Shown: positions 35,301 to 48,400 of the stretch, one piece after another | Layout of the letters: each line of letters opens with the position of its first letter | How positions within the stretch are numbered: the stretch's first letter is position 1 | Source: Balanoglossus misakiensis | Taxonomy: Eukaryota > Animalia > Hemichordata | Assembly (NCBI GenBank): GCA_040954595.2 | Contig: CM082588.2 | Location: 1,479,935-1,543,934, forward strand | DNA: 64,000 nucleotides | Direction of reading: 5' to 3' | The notes under the pieces: generated by a model | Seen by the model: the letters and a program-made list of their open reading frames with translations, nothing else | Database searches by the model: none | What the model was told of the DNA's origin: nothing | Position numbers and translations under genes: made by a program

Positions 35301-37864
35301 GCCTTTTTATGGCAAGCTTGTATTCTCATCACACAATTTATGTCTGAGTTTTAAATAATCACCCCAATTTCTGTGTGTTTACATGTGAAAATGATCAATC
35401 TGATTAATTACAAATCACAATTGAAAAACAATGCACTACATTTTTGCCTTTCTGAAGTTGGAGAGTGGATTTGAGTCAATGTAATTTGTCTTAGTGTGAT
35501 ATACATCTGCTTTGTTAATACTTCAATAACAGAGCAAGCAAGCAGGCTACGTTCTACGTATTTAATAAATTAATGAAAGTGAAATAGCCATTAGCCTTGG
35601 GGTCGCCTTTTTAATTGAAGCTTGTAACACCTGAAGATTTATTTGGTCTTTACTAACAATTTAATATCGTTTTTAACATGGTTTCCTGAATGCAAAAGAT
35701 AAAGCATTGCCGACCTGACTCCTGCTTGAAATGGCTTTTCCCTGGAAATTTCAAATGCCCAACTTTGGTTAAATATTTATCACGGAAAAGTGTTTATAGC
35801 CCAAAATAGATGAATGGCTGTTTTAATCATTCTTCTTTATGGTGCCTAAGGATTTGGCTCGAACTGTTGGTTGACTCGAGGTTCAGACTGTATATAATCA
35901 AATGATTTCTTTGCCTATAAATAATTACAACTTTTTGCAATTATTGTTCTGCTGAGATGGGTTGAAATAACCAGCAGTAAAGTTGACCAGCATTTGATGA
36001 GTGTCGCACATGGAGCACAGATGATTTGATAACTTATCAATAATGTGTTGAGCGTCTTATTTTCAATTACTTGACTTCAATTTGATCCTTTTTAGCTCCC
36101 TTGTTCACACACAGGACCTAATGTTATACTAATATCTGTAGGTCTGTCTGTAGGTCTGTCTGTAGGTCTGTCTTTGTGTGTGTGTCATAGATATCTCAAG
36201 AATGGCTATTAGATTTGAGACGAACAGGTATTTTGAATTGGTTCCTTCAGGGCCCAGATACAGCTTTCTCAAATGTACGTTGCCAGGGTTACAGGTTCAG
36301 CAAGAGCTTTGTACCATCAGCTGTATATGCCAATTTGTTCAAGATTTTCATATCAGTTATGTTTGCTATTCGATTTGTCCTGTTTTTGTTTTGTTTTTAT
36401 CATTGATACTTCTCTGAGCTGTAAGACAATCATTCTTTTTTGTACAATAAATGATTGATTGAATGCAACAAAGAGAAACAAACATGTCATAGACTTTTAT
36501 TAACGATAATGGTGAAGCGCTCAGTTGGAAGGAATTTACAACCAGATGCAATATAGGTCAAGATTTCATCTTATCCAATGGTATAATTTCAGTAATCCCT
36601 TCAAAATGAAAATATTTGCCTAGGCACTGATCATTTGTAAAGGCAACAATAAAAAATAGTCGGAACATTTTGGGGGGAATGTAGAGAAGTTCAGGTATTA
36701 TGAAAGATTGTAAAATCTACTGCGTGGAATATAATATTCTAGTATACACACATGTAAAGATAATCTTCAGAGTATTCCAAATGCAAAAAACAGCTTTTTA
36801 AAACCATCTAAGCCACTCCATTTGCGAATTCGAAACCATCCTTATTGTACACCTCTATTTGACAGTGTTTAGAGCTATACAGAAGAAATGACAAACAGGT
36901 AGAAAGGATCAAAATAATTGTACCAACACCGGGAATGTGCCACTTATGAGGGTATTAATAAACATCCGATTCATTGAGGTCTTGAGTGCTTCGGTACAGA
37001 TGTACCGGGGGAATACTCGGAAGATAATTGCAAACACGTCTGTTTTATAGCAACACAGTTTTGTGGTGAGTTTCTATCAAGACAATACATGAAATTTCTG
37101 CCACAGCTGTTAAAATTTCCCGAGCTGATTTGCATCAGCTCTGTACAAGGGATCTCAGCTGATGGATCGAAGCATGCCCTGATGTGATTTGTACCTGAAG
37201 GATGTAACTTAGGCTCCCATTTAACACTTGACCCAGTCTGATTTCAGGGTACCTAATTTACATGCATTTGCATAAAATCATTTCAAATGAACAGCGCCCC
37301 CGTGCTTAAGTATGTGTCCGTTAGGATTTTTTCCTGAGGTACCGATAATCTCACTTTTCCAGCTTAATACTGCGTTAGAAGAATTATTCTCATCCCGAAA
37401 CTGACGTATACCCGGTAAGTTGCTGTTTCTATCATATTTCACGCCATTGTTAGTCCAAAGAATTAGGTTATACGCGTTTCGAGTGGTGTGCCCGTACTGA
37501 CTTTCACGATTTTTCCGTGATTTTCAACACTGCCCCGCGTCTAAGTGCCGGTTTTTAAAAATCGAAAATTGACATAAATCGTTGAGTTGATTATTGTTTT
37601 ATCGAAATTTGCGTATTTTTAGTCTGCTCAAGGTCCGGAAAAATTGCGAACGCCTGTTTACTGAGTGTGTGTATGTACCGTGTTCTAACATGGCGGCGGA
37701 AGGAATCCATACCCGGAAGTAGCGAATGCGCGACTGTGGCAAGCTATTTTAGATCATTATGTCCCGGTCCAATTTCGTAATTTTCTTGCTGAGAGCTCTG
37801 ATTGGACATGATTTTTAGCGCAATGATGGGACAGTAGGTGTCCAGACGTCATCGTAGACCTTAA

Positions 37865-38212
37865 AGGGACAAAGTCTCTCTCTAGCTGCCTTTTTTTCCA
37901 TTAATTATATTTGATACAAGACACCGTTTGTTATTCTACATGTGGATATATAGTGAATCAACGTTCAACCACACACAACTTCCATCCCTCTTATAGACAG
38001 GAGAGTGAAAAAACTACTCGCCAAAATGAATAATCGTTCATTACCATTTATTCATTTTGGGCGAGTTTTTACTCTCATATCTTACAAGTGGGATGGAAGT
38101 TGTGTGTGGTCGAATGTAGATTTACTATATATCCACATGTACATTAACATAAACAGTGTCTTGTATCAAACATAATTAGTGGAAAAAGGGCAGTGAGAGA
38201 GACTTTGTCCCT
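37865..38212. mobile_element. Foldback (near fully palindromic) MITE with TTAA TSD, Kolobok-type termini
   Basis: TTAA|AGGGACAAAGTCTCTCTC ... GAGAGAGACTTTGTCCCT|TTAA. The two halves are reverse complements over about 165 bp each, e.g. ACCACACACAACTTCCATCCC / GGGATGGAAGTTGTGTGTGGT. Confidence 0.88.
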
Positions 38213-39037
38213 TTAAGTAAGCGCGCCGGAGGGAAAGTTTCCCGGGCAGCATCATTCCTTGCTTGGCGTGCACTGTTGCAGCAGTGTCGTGTGTGTGTGG
38301 AAGCCGGAGCAAGTGTTTCTCAAATCTTTTGTTGAGAACTTCACCAATAATTATCGTACGCCTTACAGTTTGTTTCTTTGTCTTTCAGGAGACAACGAAG
38401 AAAGAAGTGCGTCTGTGCTGATCGATCGGTGTTTTACTGCCTTTAGTGTGGTTGGTGGCCAGTTCCCACACTTTTTTGCATTCAGGAGTTTCCTTTATTA
38501 ATCTTGCTTTCCTCAGTTGTTACCTTTTATATATTATATTGTATTTATTTGACAATAAAAATTAAAAAGGTAAATTTCATTAACTGTTATTGTTTGAGTA
38601 TTACTGAACAGGCATTTTCCAGTCTGTGTAGGAGTAGTCTGTGTGGTTTTAGTTTGACTGACAATTGTCTAGTCTGCACTGTGCAGAGTTTTTGTGAACT
38701 GATATTTAGTCTAGTCTTTGCAGGGTGTGTGTGTGTGTGTGAACTGGCATTTGTCTGGGCTGTCTGTGCAGAGTGACAGTGAAAGGCTTTTGTCCAGTCT
38801 GGGCATAGTAACTGATTGGGCATTTATCAGTCTGTCTATGCAAGTCATATTTTTCTATAGTCATTTTCAGTCTTTTAACTGCAACATACTTTGTCTTTGT
38901 GAAGCTTTTCATAATGGTGAGAAAGGGGTCGTTTGTGTTTTCCTCCAAGAGTAGAGATAGTTTGCTGGTTTTAAATAGACTGCTGAGGTCTATGGCAAAT
39001 GCCACGGATGGAAGGAATAACATTCTAAACTCCATAA

Positions 39038-39313
39038 AGACCACTATACATAACAAACTGTGAAAACACTAGAAGTGGTAAAAACACCAGTAGAAGTTAT
39101 ATTGACAGAGTAAGTGAAGATGATTCAATTCTAGAAATGATTATGAATGAAGAAATGGTGGATACTTTTGAAACGTTTGACATACTAGAGATAGAAGAGG
39201 TAGAGCAGGAATACCAATTACCTGAGGAAGATTTACAAGAGAGTACAACAAATGCATATGAAAATGATACAAATAATTACAGTGATTATTCAGATATGGA
39301 GTTAGAAAACTAA
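39038..39313 (+). pseudogene. Stop-to-stop open frame encoding an acidic protein C-terminus inside the transposon (relic)
   Basis: RPLYITNCENTRSGKNTSRSYIDRVSEDDSILEMIMNEEMVDTFETFDILEIEEVEQEYQLPEEDLQESTTNAYENDTNNYSDYSDMELEN* is 91 open codons. No recognisable domain. Confidence 0.35.
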
Positions 39314-39488
39314 ATGTAGAATTATAAGGCTGGCAATAATTTTATTGATTGAAAAAAATATACATAAAATTCTATGAAAATGATACAAATAATTACAGTG
39401 ATTATTCAGATATGGAGTTAGAAAACTAAATGTAGAATTATAAGGCTGGCAATAATTTTATTGATTGAAAAAAATATACATAAAATTC
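39257..39488. repeat. Tandem duplication, 116 bp x2
   Basis: TATGAAAATGATACAAAT...ATACATAAAATTC occurs at 39257-39372 and 39373-39488, identical by eye. Confidence 0.92.
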
Positions 39489-42400
39489 TTAAATTAGAAA
39501 TAATCAAAAAGAAAAAAAAAATGTTTTTAAAAATTGCCAAATTACCAATCAATGTCAGAAAAAGGAGAGTTGGACCAGTGTAGTCTGTTGTAGTACACCA
39601 TGATTTCATTGTCAGATTAACCTCACAATCACCACTATGCATACTATGTACATACTGTCTATGCAGACCGCCACTTATCCGGGTTTATCTCTAAAACACA
39701 TGAATATACATTGTCAAAACCTAGGCTGTTATCGAGCATTGATTGTCTCATAACTCATCTGCAATGTTATGTTCAGTGTAAAGTCCCGGCAGACTGCCGG
39801 GGACTGTGATTTGATCTGCCGAGTTTCCGTGTTACGCAATCGAAACACCCTTACGGAGGTCCTATACATATAGTATGTTGCTTGAGAGGTCACATTCAAC
39901 ACTGCCCCGCGTCAAAGTGCTTCACCGTAGGCAAACCAAACTTGGCACAGTTATAGCTAATACATAGACCATGTGAAAAACCGTATTTACGCTTCTGCTC
40001 AAGACCCTCTAATTTTTGTATCGCTTCTCAAAAATTAGCATTCACATTCATAACATCGTACGATCGAGTCACTGCCACATCGCCAGTATGCAGGGTTTCA
40101 AAATAATTTATTACAGCTAAAACGAGCGTCATAAAGCGTAAGACAACATCCTTTTAGACAATAATTGATGGAAAACGAACCTTGTCATCCAAAATTAAAG
40201 CGTGTACACCTCTTTTCATGCCAGCATGCAGGTTTCAAGTTTTCGGTAGGCCGCCATATTGGATAGAAGTGAAAACGAGGCTCTCTGTTGTAAGATTTTG
40301 GCGAATTTCAATAGGCTGAGATCAGACTGGACCTTTTGATCTCGAATTTTGGTGATCGTGAGCTGAGTTGACTTGGACAAGCCAGTGAGATATCCCTGTA
40401 TCTCAAGGCTGTCTTCTATCAATGCCTTTTCCTATCACTGACTGACTGCACGTGGGCGGTCTCCTTTTTGTTTGTTAAAATCTGACGACGGGCACCTGTC
40501 AGCTCCAGTTTATTTCATCAGATAGATGCACACACAAACATATCAAATGTGACGCTCGCAATACAGACTCACTCATGTTTGTAACTTTTCGAGCACGCGA
40601 AATAAAGTTTAGTGTAACTATCAGAAACACATCAATGTAAATGTATTTTTTCGATCAAAGTGTGCACGCGTGTGCTCACACACAGACACACACACACACA
40701 CACACCAGTACATCTGGATATTAGAAAGATGTTATGCTGCGTTTGAAAACGTCCCTCGATTTTAACATTACAATATCTAAACAGCTTTACACTTCTGTCT
40801 TATTGGATTTTGATGTCATCAATCCAGCGGTGGTGACGGCAACACATGGTTATTTGATTTCATACTATGACAATATAGACTGCAATAAAATTAATCAATT
40901 AGATGGTACAGAAGTGCCGCTAGGTTTATTAGGCCAGATGTCAAACATATCAAATTAAAGGTGCGAAGGTCACTTAGCTGATTATGTGATTATACTTCTT
41001 TGTAAGGATTCAAAATTAATACACATTAAACAACTAATTGGAAACATTTTCCAATGATTGTGTCTGTTTGAACATTCGGGTTAGTTGACCTTTTTGCCAG
41101 CGCCAGGCATCAGAAAGTGAACTTAGATCCATGAACAAGGCTTAGTGTGATCTGATATAACACACACTGTGTCGACATGCTGATAATGCTTAGGTATGAT
41201 GATTGCATATTATACTTTGAAATATGACATAAACCGAGTTATGATAAAATAAGTTAATTGAGATTGATGATCTGACTTGTCTGATATTGCTGACTAGAAT
41301 ACGTAAATCACAGAAAAACGCGGTGAATTTTGCGGTCCAGTGTGGCTTGTAAGGACAGCTGCTACAGTCTGGTGAAACCTCACTTCATCCAGAAGATGCT
41401 TCTGTCTGCAACACTTTCAGCAATTGTCGCATAATCGAATTGAACGATTAATAAAGCAACGCGTTGATTATCTATCTCCTTCGTACCCTGGTACCAGATC
41501 GCTGATATATAGTCTCTTCATACCTTGTTACCCTAACCCTTACCCTAACCTCGCAGCAGGAGGCCAGTACTCTCTTGCATCAGACGTTGTGAGTGATCAC
41601 CAGCCCTTGTGATCATTGTTCCAGATTCAGGTTGTAATATATAATTAGGGTACCTTACTGATTGATAAATGCATGTGTGTAAAGTTGGAAATTGGAACGT
41701 CGATTTCAGTTAGAGGAGGTTTAGAGGCATGGTTGACGCAAATCGTAGCACAAACAGAACTATTATCACTGACATAAGCATACATTGAGGGAAGTACTGG
41801 CAAATGGTTATTAGATGACCTCGTTTTGGGTCTGAGTAACAGAGACTGATAATACAGCATGTCCATCTTTAATAGGCAATAACTTGACATCTGAACGAAA
41901 CGACGATGACTTCAAATGATCTGATTAACCTATGATGACAGAATGATAAATCGATCTGTTTTGTCCGTTTATTTTTCCAGTACTTTACAGTCCATTTAAT
42001 ATGGAAATAACTGGTTTCCGATGTGGATTGACAAAACGAAATTGATGGAAAGTTCATGGCTATCCAAAGTGTTATCAGTTGAACATATGATCTGATAAGG
42101 TTATATAAAAAGCGACGCTAATGTTTAGTCCTACCATATGGATAGCTATTTCATATGAAAGGATTAAATATGCCAACCAGAGATTCTGCACTGAAAGATG
42201 TTTGCAGCAGAAATATGGTTTAGTTAGCCGACATACATGAATTTATGTTATTGAAGAAATTATAAAATTTGAATTTCGGACAAAGGCACTGCTGCAGTTC
42301 AGTTTTTTCTCTCGCCTGAATCTATATAGTTCACTGAACATTGAAACAGACCCGATCTTATAAAAATCATGCTGATGTGTGTGAAAAAGCTTACAGCTTA

Positions 42401-45400
42401 CTGTGGGCATGGAGAAGAGAGTATATACAGTATAAACATTTTGTATTATAGGCACAGATATATATGCAAAGGCCCTGTAAATCGGTGTCTCTCAGAGATC
42501 TTTCTTTAATCGGCCAAGAGGTCAGAAAAACGAGAGGTATAATTACGTGGATTTTACTGCTAATGTAATGGAAAAGCTTTTAAAACGTTTCAAATTTCAC
42601 TTGTTTTTGTTATTCTTCAGTCAGACAATTTTGACTGATTCCTGTATTTTCCTTCACTCCCTCGTCCACATTGAACATGTGGACAAAAATCTGCTGCGGT
42701 CTCATTACCAGCTATTTCTAAAATCTAAACATACCAATACACATACATGATCAATAAAATTGTGAAATAATTTCTGTGGTTTGCACTGTAGGGATGGTTC
42801 AGAAACTTTCTGTCTGACAAATTATTGATTTGCTGTGTCAGTCCACTTCGCTTTAACAATTCAGGACGAGCCATTCTCTAATGTACCGCACAATATACAT
42901 GTTCAATACTTCCATAAATCATCATACTCGATGCGTTTGTTATTTCTGAAGGCATTTGTCTAGGAATGATTTTTGAGGTTTCCTTCTCGCAGTGTGGAAG
43001 GAGAAGAAGCATCATGCCAATGGGGACTATGGCCAGAGAATTAAACCAAATGCGTTTCCACTTCCCAGATGTACTATAAGGGTTTTAATGGCAAAACATA
43101 CGTTACAAAAATCGTATGTCGGATATTACGATGTATGCAATACCACTTCATATCGCGTAGATGTTTTCGCAATTTAAAAGGATGGCTTGGAAATAGGATA
43201 GACTGAAACAATATATGATGTGCGTGTTGTTATAAAATTGCTTTTGAGATTTCGTGATCCCCATATGATATCATTTTTCAGCAAATTTACTGTAACATGC
43301 TTATAATGAGCAAACCGGAAGCGATTTGAAGGATGTATTACATCGTTTAGTGTCCGTAAGCTTAATGGACTAGGGCATTAACAAAACTACAGAAAATCTC
43401 TCTAATTTTCATGTTTTTAGATTTCACAGCGCGTGACAAGCCAGTTTTTAAAATGCAGTATTTAGAACCTTTTATAGTCGATATTCAGATCAAAGCACTG
43501 AGCAAGTCCAGCGCTTACATAAACACAGTCCATCTTGCTTTTTAAAAGTCTCTGTCTTAGGATTTACTGGTCAAACGATCAACATTTAACGTACCATGAT
43601 CATAGGAAAACACTCCTTTCAAACGTATAGTTTTCAGCCATAAAATTTGTACTGTTTAGGGTAAAATCATTTGGTTAGCCGCTCTTCGATGCTTTGATGT
43701 AGGTAAAATGGCCAAGCCTTCCAGCGAAAGTCATACTGAGCCTGCATGCTGTTAAGATTGGCAGCGTAGAAACAACAATTCCTTCTGAAGTGAATGAAAG
43801 GCATCACGCTTTCAGTTCTATTTCTGGTAAAAAGCACGACATGCTACTTGTAGGCCATTAGCAGACAACACAAAAGACAGAAATGTTCATAGTATATTTA
43901 CATCACATCTACGCACTTCAAGCAATTAAATCACGACACAGATGTAAAGAAATGTGAAGTACAACATAAATTGGTATTTCTCCACTTGGACTTTTGAAAG
44001 AGCTACATCACTGAATCATTGGTTGGTTTGGAAGAGGACTAATATGTTATCATCCGATATTGCCTCTGCGCTGGGTCGTATTGCAATGTCAGCAATGTTT
44101 TGGGGAGCATAACACAAGTCGAAGAGGCCATACCTATAAGCAATGATCTGGTACATATCACCATGCCTATTTCTATGAAACAAAATCCTGTCAAATAAAA
44201 ATACTATCCAAATGTTTGTAGCACTACAGGCTAAACTTATGCATAGTAATAACCTGACGTCATCACCACCCGTGCTTAGGCTAAATTATCTATGGGTTGC
44301 TATAATTTACCTAACTTTTCCCGTATTACAGTTCCTTAATATATCCATACATCATAAAGATGTATGTTGTAATTCCAAGAGCGGCAGAAACTGATGACGA
44401 TTACCGTGAATATCACGCAAACAATCATCAATATTCATTGGAAGTTTTTTCGTTAAACGTAACAGACGACAAGCATCCGCATTATCCATGTACCAGATCA
44501 GGAAACCACTCTGCACAAAAGAAGCAGACGAGAAAATTTGAGAATTCAAATTGACAGCAGCTGTTTCAACCCTGCTGACAGTCTAAGCTTGTTGTGTTGT
44601 CAATCCTTTGAAATGAAAGGATGAGCAAACTAGGATGATTCTGGAAGGTAACAAAATGTTATGTGCCGATCGTGTTTGGTGATAGGCGAGATGTAATTTT
44701 GAAAAGCTAACAGAGGAATCTTTGCTGGCAGTATCTACGAGATGGCATCACAAATAAATAAAACATCGTCAAAACCAGTACAAAGAGCGACACTGCACTG
44801 TTACGGTCCCACACTCCCAATTTATTTTAAATCTCGAGATTCAGAAGAAAGGTCGAGTGATCACCAGTAAATTTTCACACAGAAAGCGCTACATTTTACG
44901 CTTTGCATGTCTGACATTTCAACAAATCGGAATACATGTGCACAAGCGTGACAGTCAGTCAACTCAAGCATTGATAGCATCCGCAATAAGAGAAACAGAG
45001 ATAAAACGTTTCGTTTGCAAGTGCCTTGGAGACAGAGCGGATTAATTGGGAGCTTCTTGACAAGTATTTAAGGGTTAGTGAAGACGATTACTTCAGGGAG
45101 TCTGTGTTTCCCGAAGGGGATTCCTATTTTGTCTTTGTGGGGGACGAGCCGAATAAAATTTCAGAAAGGTCTGTACCAGCAACTCACGGAACTTAACATT
45201 TCGCCAGGGGTTACCTAGTAGTTGTCTGAAAGCATGAATAGCATGGAACTGGGTCACAATATCAACAGGATGTGACCTGAATTTGCTGCTATGTCGATAT
45301 TGTAACCAGTCTCAACTGTCAGAAAGATGGAGAATTTGAGGAGAAACTCTGTCGCTGTATCTTTGAGTAAAGAAATTTGTTTCTCAGTTCTTAATTATTA

Positions 45401-48400
45401 CTTCAACTTGGCTTTGTGTGTATGCCGACCCAATACTCCCTCGCAGAAGTATCGGGGTAAGGGCACTTTTCTTTCATCAGACTTAATTGCAGTACCTTGA
45501 AACAAGTACATCCGTATTCTGTAAGCGGATTCTTCATGTCGCCCGTAGTTAAAATATAAAAATGTACATTTAGATACCGTGTGAGTTCCATGGATGATTT
45601 TTCTACAGATAGAAGCTACAAATATGTACCCCATGTAGTCTTCTTGGGAAATTTCAGCTACCCTGACAAGTCCTCACGTACGAATCCCCGAAGGGTAATC
45701 ACCGACCTCACAAGTGAACTTTGGTTTAATGCGGTTATCATGCGAATCGTTGAAACTGTTTAGTAACATTTGAAGTATGAAGAGATCCGACTTAATTGCT
45801 GTTTTGTTTTCTGTCTGACCTATTCTCTCGGGGGCGAACTCTATCAGGGCACGCATCATGGACAGAGACAGTTGCACGCCAGTTTCAAGGATTCAGCCGT
45901 TCAAAAACACGGATGGTTTATTAATAAAAAATGGAGATACATATTTATGTATAATGGTTGTAAATTATACAGTTGTTAGTGGACTCATGTGAGATGGTTT
46001 TAGAGTGTTTTCTCATTGGATTGCAGTAAAGCCGGGAGAAAGAGTCACAGGCTAATTGTATCCCAAACTGTGAAAGCTAGGTCCTTAAGCATTTGCCGGG
46101 GGAAGGAAGAAAAACACAATAACGCCTACGCACAGCCTAATCATCAAGGGAAGATCACGATAAAATAAATTTCTAATATTTTTTGACCTATTTCCAAGAA
46201 ATCCATGATTTATTTGACGACTGTCATGGTGACGGAATACATGAAATTATGTTAGCTTGGATGATGTTTCCTGTATAACGACTTGATTTTCGAAGCAAGC
46301 AGGGATTGCCAAGGAGTCAGGGGAAAATGACGTCAAGGTGTAAAAATGTGACAGACACTGTCATTTCAATGTGAATCAATGCTAATAATGTGCTCCCCAC
46401 ATCATAATTGGTGACATGGGCGATAACATGTACCAGGAATTACAAGGACAGTGTTGTAATTATCTTTCACTTGTGGTGGAGACTACAAGTTAACATTTGC
46501 CTGATGAAAGGAATTGGACAAGCAGGGAATTTTTTTTCCCAAAAAGAAAGATATGCGATGAAATATATTAATCATAACACAGCATTTTCTTTAGTTTACA
46601 TATGGGCAGGAGGCTTCAAAATGAAATGGCCAATCCTGCATATTATTAGACCGATGACAGAGATGAATCATCAGTATCTGTTCGTGACGGCCATCGTTAT
46701 ATCGTTCAATTCAAAATCACTACAAATGATACATAAACACGTAGAAAATTGATTCAAAGAACAAGACACCTTTATCGTGCGTATACATGAGAACAATTAA
46801 GCATCCCAAAATACCTTAATACAACTTCTACGGTGCATTTTCTGAATGTCAGTAATCTCACGTGTTTATGCATGCACTGTATGACGCGTGACTCTTGTTA
46901 ACACATTGAAATTGCGGGAGCCATGAGACCCCATTAACAGCTACCTTGTTGATGGATCAGATGAAAAATATGCACCTTGAGGCCAATTATTAAAAAAAAT
47001 GTCCGTCCTTCAAATCTTTTCAATTCTTTGCCATTATTAAAGTTTGGACGAGTCTTTAGAAACAAAGAAGAAAACAAGGAGTTCACCATCAGAGATTAAC
47101 AAAGAGATTGGCAGGTGCTTTGAATTTCAAATTTCTTATTCAAAATTTTGCATGGCGACGCTGACTCCAATTTTTTCCAATTTGAAGAGAGAATAATAAT
47201 CTAAAGTTGCCTTGACGAAAACATGAGAAAAGGTTAAGATTGATTTTAGATGTGGCTATAAGTACCTTAAGGCTAAATTAAAATACTTTATCCAGCAGAG
47301 GATTGTTCTTGCCGCATTACTGATTGGTAATTAAACTCGGATCGATGTCTTATTTTAGTACACTAATTGAAATATGCCACTTGTCCATGGGACTAGAGTG
47401 TGATACTGCAATTGAACCATTAGTTGAATGTGAAGACAGAAAAGCGACCTGCTGTGAAGTTAAGCAAAACGATGGACGTAAGGGTGATGTCTAAAAGTGG
47501 CATATGCCCTCATCAACCATTCTTAATTAACCTTCTAAAGACAGTATGCTGCGCAATTTAGAGATAGCCTGGTCCGATTGTAATAAAGCAAGTGATTTTT
47601 TCACTGTCGTTTCCTTGATCGATAAGGGCTGGGGTTTTGGTTCGAAGCCCACTGGGGGAACCCCGCCAACTCAGTATTTTTACTCTCATTGTTTAACGTC
47701 AGAAGTCTGTAAACCGAGTTGTGAAGCGAGAAAAGTGTTGAAACAGCCACGAGTTGGTGGTTTTCCGCGGCAATATCAACATACCACAAAATACAGTTTA
47801 GCAGCTGTATGTTGAACGTGCACCTTGAAAGAAATGTGAATGTTTCTTAATATTATACAACAAAACCCTTTTATGGGATATACTTAAAAACTTACAGACC
47901 TTTCACCCAACATGTCAAATTTAGCGAACACCACTTTCCATGAAAGGATTTGCTTGTCTCCGCCGACATAATCTAAAGACACTGGCAGTTCAGTGTCAGG
48001 TGTATAGAACAGTTTCAAATCGTAACTGCCAAAGCTAGAAAGTCCTCAAGATGGAAATCGAGGACCTCTTACTCCAAGATACTGCCTATACTGTAGTATA
48101 CTGTACTAAGCTGTCAAATTGTAAGAAATGCTTAACTCAGGGAAGCTAATTCTTTAATGATGAAGTGATACCAGCAAACATTCATAAGCAAGCTTAGGGC
48201 AAAGTGGCTATCGTACCAACACAGTTTCATAGCGGACAAAGTAATATGACTCATTCATAAATACATCTCGCCAAATGTTCTTGCTTTTCTAGCATGGCAG
48301 ATTTATATGTTTGTAACAACAGCTGCGGTGGATTTGCACCGATGCATCGACCTTGTCATACACGAATGTTTTACTTCAAGGTTTATTTTCATTTAAATAG

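Larger units (their letters stand above)
37234..40329. mobile_element. Degenerate 3.1-kb DNA transposon, Academ-like
   Basis: 14-bp TIRs CAGTCTGATTTCAG (37234-37247) and CTGAGATCAGACTG (40316-40329) match 13/14 and are flanked by an identical 4-bp GACC (37230-37233; 40330-40333). Both subtermini are CpG-rich. The superfamily is inferred from the YAG termini and TSD length only. Confidence 0.65.

Noticed and set aside
39633-39660. CACTATG heptamer reminiscent of ProtoRAG/RSS termini
   Set aside because: An isolated 7-mer inside another element, with no paired TIR, no 5-bp TSD and no RAG1/2-like coding sequence.
41531-41552. CCCTAA telomere-like repeats
   Set aside because: Only about three degenerate units. 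Such fragments are common inside invertebrate repeats and are not evidence of an interstitial telomere.
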